NCBI RefSeq assembly: GCF_000015145.1
Contig: NC_008818.1
Coordinates: 450,001-482,000, forward strand
Reading direction: 5' to 3'
Source of the DNA: Hyperthermus butylicus DSM 5456
GTDB taxonomy: Archaea > Thermoproteota > Thermoprotei_A > Sulfolobales > Pyrodictiaceae
DNA: 32,000 nt
Shown: positions 26,996 through 32,000 of the stretch, in pieces
Position numbering within the stretch: the stretch's first letter is position 1
Layout: each line of letters begins with the position of its first letter
The notes under the pieces: generated by a model
Told to the model about the DNA's origin: nothing
Databases searched by the model: none
What the model saw: the letters and a program-made list of their open reading frames with translations, nothing else
Position numbers and translations under genes: made by a program

Positions 26996-28177
26996 TTAGG
27001 CCCTTATTATGCCAGTCTTCTTGAGGTAGTCTATGAGGGCGTAGTAGGCCCTTATCCTGGACATGTTCTTAGAGCCGCGTGGTCCTGGATCCTTCATGTA
27101 GAATGCGTTTACCTCGTATGCTGTGCCGTAGATGCCTCGTTCTGTTAGTGTCTTGCCTATCCTTGCTAGGTCCACTAGGAGGCCTGCTAGTGCGGGGCTA
27201 TCGTTTATCCTCATGTTGACTACTAGCTCGTCCTCGAGGCCGTTGAATGTCTTCCACCATATGTGCATTGAGACGAACTTCTTGTCGCCAAGTGGTTCTA
27301 GGTATCCTGTGGGCTTGATGAAGTGTGGTGCGTCATAGCCTAGTATGTCTTTCACAATGCTGCTCTTGGTTTCCTCCTTCATCTTGTTCCTCTCAGGTAT
27401 TGTTAGTGCTAGGAAGTCGGTGTTGCCGCCGATATTGAACTGGGCTATTGAGTGTACGTAGCGGTTGCGCTCGGCAAGGTGTTCTAGTAGGTCGGCTGTT
27501 AGCGGTGTTGCACCAGTAGCTCCGTCATCACCTAGCACTATGCTCTTAGCCTCCTCGTACAGCTTCACGATGGCATCATCGCGTGCCAGCGGGCTCGGTA
27601 TAACGTTGACTAGGGCTACGGATCTGCCAGTGTCCTTCGCGTATAGGTACGCTGCATAGGCATAGGCGTGGCTTGCACTTAGCCTGTCCCTGTCATCTCT
27701 CTCTACAGCTTTGACTAGGTCCTCAACCTTGTGGAATGGCTTAGCGGGCTCTGTAGTGGCAACAATCATGACGACGTCTGGCTGTAGCTTCTTCCACTCC
27801 TCGACTAGGGCCTCTATTGCTGCCCTCACGGAGCCTAGTTCGTCCTCCAGACCCTTAGCCTTGAATGGTAGGCCGCGTAGACTGCCTAGGTGTATGCCGC
27901 GCCTAACCGTTATAGACTTCAATGTCTCTGGTACTGGTAGGATATCACCCACAGCCTTCTTGGCAACTTCGTAGACGGTCTTGCCAACTTTTTCCTCGTC
28001 AACATCGTAGCTACCAACAAGCTCTATATCCTTGATATCGTATACCAGCTGGTACTTTGCCAGTGGTACACCGTAGGGCTCCAGTTCGCCCCTCTTTATC
28101 CTTTCAATACCGACTGCGAAGTGTGTAGCCACGAGGCCCTGGCCGACTAGTATCACGCGTACAGCCATTCTCACCAC
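26996..28177 (-). CDS. ino1: Myo-inositol-1-phosphate synthase (start possibly ATG at 28168)
   Basis: VRVILVGQGLVATHFAVGIERIKRG, IAQFNIGGNTDFLAL, ERNKMKEETKSSIVKDILG, HIWWKTFNGLEDELVVNMRINDSPALAGLLVDLAR. GGTGGTGA precedes the internal ATG GCT GTA. Confidence 0.95.
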   Translation of the reverse strand: MVRMAVRVILVGQGLVATHFAVGIERIKRGELEPYGVPLAKYQLVYDIKDIELVGSYDVDEEKVGKTVYEVAKKAVGDILPVPETLKSITVRRGIHLGSLRGLPFKAKGLEDELGSVRAAIEALVEEWKKLQPDVVMIVATTEPAKPFHKVEDLVKAVERDDRDRLSASHAYAYAAYLYAKDTGRSVALVNVIPSPLARDDAIVKLYEEAKSIVLGDDGATGATPLTADLLEHLAERNRYVHSIAQFNIGGNTDFLALTIPERNKMKEETKSSIVKDILGYDAPHFIKPTGYLEPLGDKKFVSMHIWWKTFNGLEDELVVNMRINDSPALAGLLVDLARIGKTLTERGIYGTAYEVNAFYMKDPGPRGSKNMSRIRAYYALIDYLKKTGIIRA

Positions 28178-28258
28178 CCCCTATGCCCTTGAAACTATGA
28201 AGCTTGTTTTGGTGGGATAGACTAATGTATAGGGTGGGTATGTTGTCTAGATGGAGCT

Positions 28259-28301
28259 GGCCTAGAACTCCCTAGAGTTGGTTAGGGAGTTCACTTAGGC
28301 C
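28259..28301. repeat. Inverted repeat/hairpin 1 (GGCCTA...TAGGCC around AACTCCCTA...TAGGGAGTT)
   Basis: Perfect 9-bp inner stem 28266-28274/28283-28291 with 8-nt loop, plus perfect 6-bp outer stem 28259-28264/28296-28301. Confidence 0.8.
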
Positions 28302-28304
28302 AAC

Positions 28305-28343
28305 TTGAGGCTCCGAGACACACCCTTATACGTGGAGCCTCAA
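28305..28343. repeat. Inverted repeat/hairpin 2 (TTGAGGCTCC ... GGAGCCTCAA)
   Basis: Perfect 10-bp inverted repeat 28305-28314/28334-28343 with 19-nt spacer, immediately after hairpin 1. Confidence 0.8.
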
Positions 28344-28921
28344 TTTAAACCCTCTCCTAATGCTAGCCTAGTAGACACTATAACTCGTGTTCAAGTATTA
28401 TGAATGATGGTTTGGAGACGTTGATTGTGGCATAGAGAGATACGATACAGTGGTTTGGGTGTACAACAATGGCAGGAATGGATATGGCTTACGCGGTATG
28501 TGTCATCGGTGCTGCCTAGTGCCAGTGGTAGGGGTTTGTGTAGTCTTGATGCTGCTGTTGCGAATGCTAGCAAGGCTCAAGGCTTCTTTGTCAGCTCAAG
28601 GGCAGCAGCGAGGATACGGTCAATGTGCTAAGTGTGGTCCCCTCCTAAGCTTGCAGCCAAGGTGTCTGCAAAGCCTTGCCCGAAGTCCTCTAGGCCCTCA
28701 CGAGCTGCCAATGTAGGTGTAGAACCCAGCATAGGGTGACATGTCTACCTGCAGTCCAGGTTTCTATGCTCTGCTCTCGTTGATACGTACTAGTAGCAAT
28801 GTAGGGTCCTGGAGCTGTTGGTAATATATACCGTGTATCTTTGCACAAATCTGCTCCACGACCGTCACGCTCTTATCGGTGCCTGTCACTTGCCAAACTA
28901 GTAAAGGTCGGGTGGGCCGAT

Positions 28922-29383
28922 ATGGAGTTTGAGGAGAAGCTTGTCGAGACTGGGATTCCCGGTCACAGCTCGTCCAAGGACTGGGCTAAGAGGATTCAGA
29001 GCTTCCTCCGAGAGAAGGGTATAAGCTTTGAAGCTGAGGGCGAGAACATAAGAATCCATGTGGACGGTGTGACCGTGGAGGTTACAGAGGCACCGAGCGG
29101 CGAGAACTATGCAGTAGTGATAACGTTGCCTCTTCCGGCGTCTTCCAGTGAGGCTGATGAGCAGACCCGTGGCACAATAGACGCTGGGTTCAAGCTTGCA
29201 GGGCTGCTAGACGCTGAGGAGTTGGGCTATGAACTCGACACAAGTATACCTGGCTATCCGAGCCTAAGGATAGTCGTGGAATACAAGGATCCAAATAAGC
29301 TAGCCGACAAGCTCATCGATGCCCTCGAAAAATACGGTGTTGAAGGGGGATCTAGTGGCGAAGCTTTCGAGGTTGAGGGCTAG
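28922..29383 (+). CDS. Hypothetical protein (tracked ORF extends to 28841; internal ATG preferred)
   Basis: MEFEEKLVETGIPGHSSSKDWAKRIQSFLREKG...; GGGTGG upstream of the ATG at 28922; residues encoded before it look non-coding. Confidence 0.65.
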   Translation: MEFEEKLVETGIPGHSSSKDWAKRIQSFLREKGISFEAEGENIRIHVDGVTVEVTEAPSGENYAVVITLPLPASSSEADEQTRGTIDAGFKLAGLLDAEELGYELDTSIPGYPSLRIVVEYKDPNKLADKLIDALEKYGVEGGSSGEAFEVEG

Positions 29384-30357
29384 CCTGAATCCTCCTCCAC
29401 GCCCGGTAGTCGGGACTCTGAGGGTTTTCTATGGAATAGCTCCCAGAGCATTAGCGCAGCCGACTTTGGCGGGATGATGCCTCTTTCGGTAACAATCATG
29501 TCTATATAGTCTGGCGGTGTAGCGTCAAATGCTGGATTTCTAACCTTAACACCGGGAATGTGTGCTGGCAGTACCTCCTCAGCAGGTCTTTCCTCAATCT
29601 CTACCGGCTGGCCGACGACTGTATAGGGGCTAAACTTGTAGGTCTCTGTTGCAACGATGAAGGGTATTCTGAATAGTCTTGCTGCGAGGGCTATCTGGCT
29701 TGTACCAATCTTATTTATCACGGCTCCGTTGGCGGTAACTGTGTCTGCGCCAACGATCACCTTGGTTATTCGTTTAGACTCCATCACTTGTAGAACAGCA
29801 GCATCTGGTATAAGAGTGACAGGTATGCCCTCCATGGCTAAATCCATGGAGGTTATGTGGCCCTGGTATCTTGGCCTAGTCTCGGTTGCATAGACCTCGA
29901 AGCGCTTACCCTGCCTCCACGCGGTTATGAGTATCGACTCTACGGCCTTGCTATTGCAGTGTGTCAGTATTCTGTCGCCAGTCTTTATGAGTCTTGCCCC
30001 TATCTCTCCTATCTTCTTAAGGGCTTGCTCCGAGTATTCTATGAAGCTTCTAGCAGCTTCTATAACAGCCTTCCTTACCTCCTCAACGCTTGTATAACGT
30101 CTTTCTTCAAGGACTCTTAGGACATAATTAACAGCATTAGGTAGGCTCACAGCTGTGGGCCTAGTGGATATGAGTAGCTCGCCGGTAGCACGCATATAGT
30201 TTACAAACTCGTCCACACTGCCTCCCTGAAACCTCTCGGCAGCAATCATTAATGCCCGAGCTGCAGCCTTCGCTATCCTGCCCGCCCCACGTATCTTCAT
30301 AGTCTTAATGTCCTCGGCTATGCTTGTGACCTCCTCCGGAAACTCCACGTAGGTCAC
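29380..30357 (-). CDS. Ribose-1,5-bisphosphate isomerase (eIF2B-like superfamily)
   Basis: MKIRGAGRIAKAAARAL, ILTHCNSKAVESIL, VYATETRPRYQGHI, VIVGADTVTANGAVINKIGTSQIALAA, DYIDMIVTERGIIPPKSA. Confidence 0.88.
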   Translation of the reverse strand: MTYVEFPEEVTSIAEDIKTMKIRGAGRIAKAAARALMIAAERFQGGSVDEFVNYMRATGELLISTRPTAVSLPNAVNYVLRVLEERRYTSVEEVRKAVIEAARSFIEYSEQALKKIGEIGARLIKTGDRILTHCNSKAVESILITAWRQGKRFEVYATETRPRYQGHITSMDLAMEGIPVTLIPDAAVLQVMESKRITKVIVGADTVTANGAVINKIGTSQIALAARLFRIPFIVATETYKFSPYTVVGQPVEIEERPAEEVLPAHIPGVKVRNPAFDATPPDYIDMIVTERGIIPPKSAALMLWELFHRKPSESRLPGVEEDSG

Positions 30358-30363
30358 CTCCTC

Positions 30364-31338
30364 TTAGGATGGTTTTGCACCTATCTTCTTTAGCTCCTCC
30401 CTAGCCTTGGTGAATAGTTTTTCGAGGCTCTCAAGCCTTGGCGGCCACTCTCCAAATTCCTCCTTGACTAGCAGGGGTACAGCCTCCGGCGCTATGAGCC
30501 CCTTCTCAGTGGCAAGTGCATCTATGAGGTGTGGAGGTACGAACTCGAAGAGTGGCGCGTAGCCTTTAATGCCTAGCTTCTTGTGGCTCTCCGGTACTAT
30601 CTCCTCTTGCAATGCTGGCGACTCCACCATTAGCCCATAGACGGTTTCGGGGTAGAACTTGTATGTTCCCGCTACGACAATCACTCTAACCCTTGACTCG
30701 TTGGCTGCAAGTGCCAGTAGCCCTGCACCGGTCCTCGCTATGATGCTTCCATCGGCTGTTACTGCGTCAGCGCCTATCAATGCCTTTGTTGCCTCACGCG
30801 CCATAAACCTCATTGCAGAGTCCACGATGAGTGTTACGTCTATCTCCAGTTTTGTGAGCGCCTTGGCCATCTCGATGCCGTCTAACACGGGCCGCGACTC
30901 TGCTACTATGACGCGTATAGTCTTGCCCATTGCCACAGCCTTCTCTATGGTCCTCAGCACGCTCCTGCTATAGCTGTGCGTCAATACAGTATCTCCGTTT
31001 TCTAGCCTCCGGGCGGCGATCTCTGCTGCAGCCTCGGTCTCTTCTATCATTCTCCTCAGCAGCTTCTCAACATTTTCCTCGACAAGCTCTTTAAGCCTTG
31101 GTATGTTATCATATTCTCCATGGGCGATAACAGTCAGTAGCTCGCGAGAAGCATTGATGAGGGGTGCTGAGAAGGGCCTCGCAGCGAGGCTAGCCTCGAG
31201 ATAGTCTAGTGCCTCTAGTAGCCCCCACACATCTTTAGCGCTTGATATGAGCTGGCGGAACTTCTTTAGGACTTCCTCAGTAGCCTCAGTGGCTCCAAGC
31301 ATGTTGATGCCTAGGGAGGGGCTTTCCGGTTTAGACAA
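30364..31338 (-). CDS. eIF2B alpha/beta/delta-like protein, divergent paralogue of the downstream gene
   Basis: VLTHSYSRSVLRTI, VIVAESRPVLDGIEMA, ALIGADAVTADGSIIARTGAGLLALAA, DALATEKGLIAPEAVPLL. Confidence 0.85.
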   Translation of the reverse strand: MSKPESPSLGINMLGATEATEEVLKKFRQLISSAKDVWGLLEALDYLEASLAARPFSAPLINASRELLTVIAHGEYDNIPRLKELVEENVEKLLRRMIEETEAAAEIAARRLENGDTVLTHSYSRSVLRTIEKAVAMGKTIRVIVAESRPVLDGIEMAKALTKLEIDVTLIVDSAMRFMAREATKALIGADAVTADGSIIARTGAGLLALAANESRVRVIVVAGTYKFYPETVYGLMVESPALQEEIVPESHKKLGIKGYAPLFEFVPPHLIDALATEKGLIAPEAVPLLVKEEFGEWPPRLESLEKLFTKAREELKKIGAKPS

Positions 31339-31379
31339 GGCCCTATAACACCTAGGCTATACACCTTACAATACCCCCT

Positions 31380-32000
31380 TCAAAAACTATCCTCCTCGGC
31401 GTGGACTATTCTCCCGGCAATGATCGTGTAGACAGGTTTGCCGCCAGCTAGCAGTGCAAGGGCAGGGTTTCTTGTGAGGAGGCTCTGGGACAGTCCTCTT
31501 ACGCGGTAGACCACGAGATCTCCTGGCGAGCCATGCTCTATCTTGCCGGTTGCTGTGAAGGATAGTATGTTTGCTGAGCCCTCGCTAGCAGCTGAAAAGA
31601 CGTCGGCGGCGCCGACCCTGCTATCCCAGTATACGTAGCGCTGGAGGAGCAACTCTACTGTAGCGGCTAGGCGGAGATCAAGGAAGGAGTCCACAAGGCC
31701 TAGGCCTAAGCCGACACGTATACCAGCATCCAACGCCTCTCTCAGTGGGAAGTGGCCGCCAGCCCCATGCAGCATGTCATGCACCGGGTTGTGGACTATT
31801 GCTGAGCCCCTGGAAGCTATGTAGCCCAACTCCCAGCTTGAAACCCAGCCACCACCAACAATAACCGTATCCTTGCCTAGCACGCCTAGCTTCTCTAGCC
31901 TCTCAACGGGGAAGAGCCCCCACTTCTTCTTAGACTCATACACATCCCTCTTACTAGTTGAAGCATGTATAAATAGAGGTATGCTCTTACTGCGTGCCAG
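31380..32000 (-). CDS. Amidohydrolase family protein (deaminase-like), truncated by the window end
   Basis: Frame is open to base 32000 (LARSKSIPLFIHASTSKRDVYESKKKWG). HNPVHDMLHGAGGHFPLREALDAGIRVGLGLG is typical of the cyclic amidohydrolase C-terminal half. Confidence 0.85.
   Translation of the reverse strand: MARSKSIPLFIHASTSKRDVYESKKKWGLFPVERLEKLGVLGKDTVIVGGGWVSSWELGYIASRGSAIVHNPVHDMLHGAGGHFPLREALDAGIRVGLGLGLVDSFLDLRLAATVELLLQRYVYWDSRVGAADVFSAASEGSANILSFTATGKIEHGSPGDLVVYRVRGLSQSLLTRNPALALLAGGKPVYTIIAGRIVHAEEDSF

Noticed and set aside
28425-28716. Overlapping plus-strand ORFs of 68 and 88 aa
   Set aside because: Atypical Cys/Leu/Arg-rich composition, no promoter or Shine-Dalgarno I trust, and mutually exclusive frames.
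1-32000. CRISPR arrays, transposons, integrase/att sites, defence or toxin-antitoxin systems
   Set aside because: No regularly spaced direct repeats, transposase motifs or paired toxin/antitoxin-like genes were seen on reading both strands and the ORF track.

Overview
32 kb of a hyperthermophilic crenarchaeal chromosome (inference: Desulfurococcales/Pyrodictiaceae-like, resembling Hyperthermus; not verified by any search). Most of it is compact housekeeping sequence: archaeosine TGT (5' truncated), PAC2 and PUA proteins, tRNA-Pro(CGG) with an intron, a beta-CASP metallo-beta-lactamase, NAC, tRNA-Ser(GCT), a translin-like/AK6-like operon, thermosome, S17e, two phosphoribosyltransferases, a Cgi121-like KEOPS subunit, ABCE1, FBP aldolase/phosphatase, HisC-like aminotransferase, a PEBP protein, an AmrS-like radical SAM protein, M17 aminopeptidase, myo-inositol-1-phosphate synthase, tandem R15P-isomerase/eIF2B-like paralogues and an amidohydrolase cut by the window end. 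I found no CRISPR array, transposon or prophage, and no convincing defence system. The main anomalies are: (1) a 36-codon ORF absent from the supplied track, encoding almost only Glu and Trp (MKWILLEEEEEWWEEEEEEEWWEEEEEEEEWEEEEW) with a Shine-Dalgarno, next to ABCE1; (2) a bulge-helix-bulge intron at the non-canonical 32/33 position of tRNA-Pro(CGG); (3) an AhpD/CMD-like gene split by a -1 frameshift at an A-rich site; (4) two minus-strand regions that look like multiply frameshifted genes; (5) twin perfect inverted repeats upstream of ino1; (6) a local cluster of the odd palindrome CCTGACAGG.
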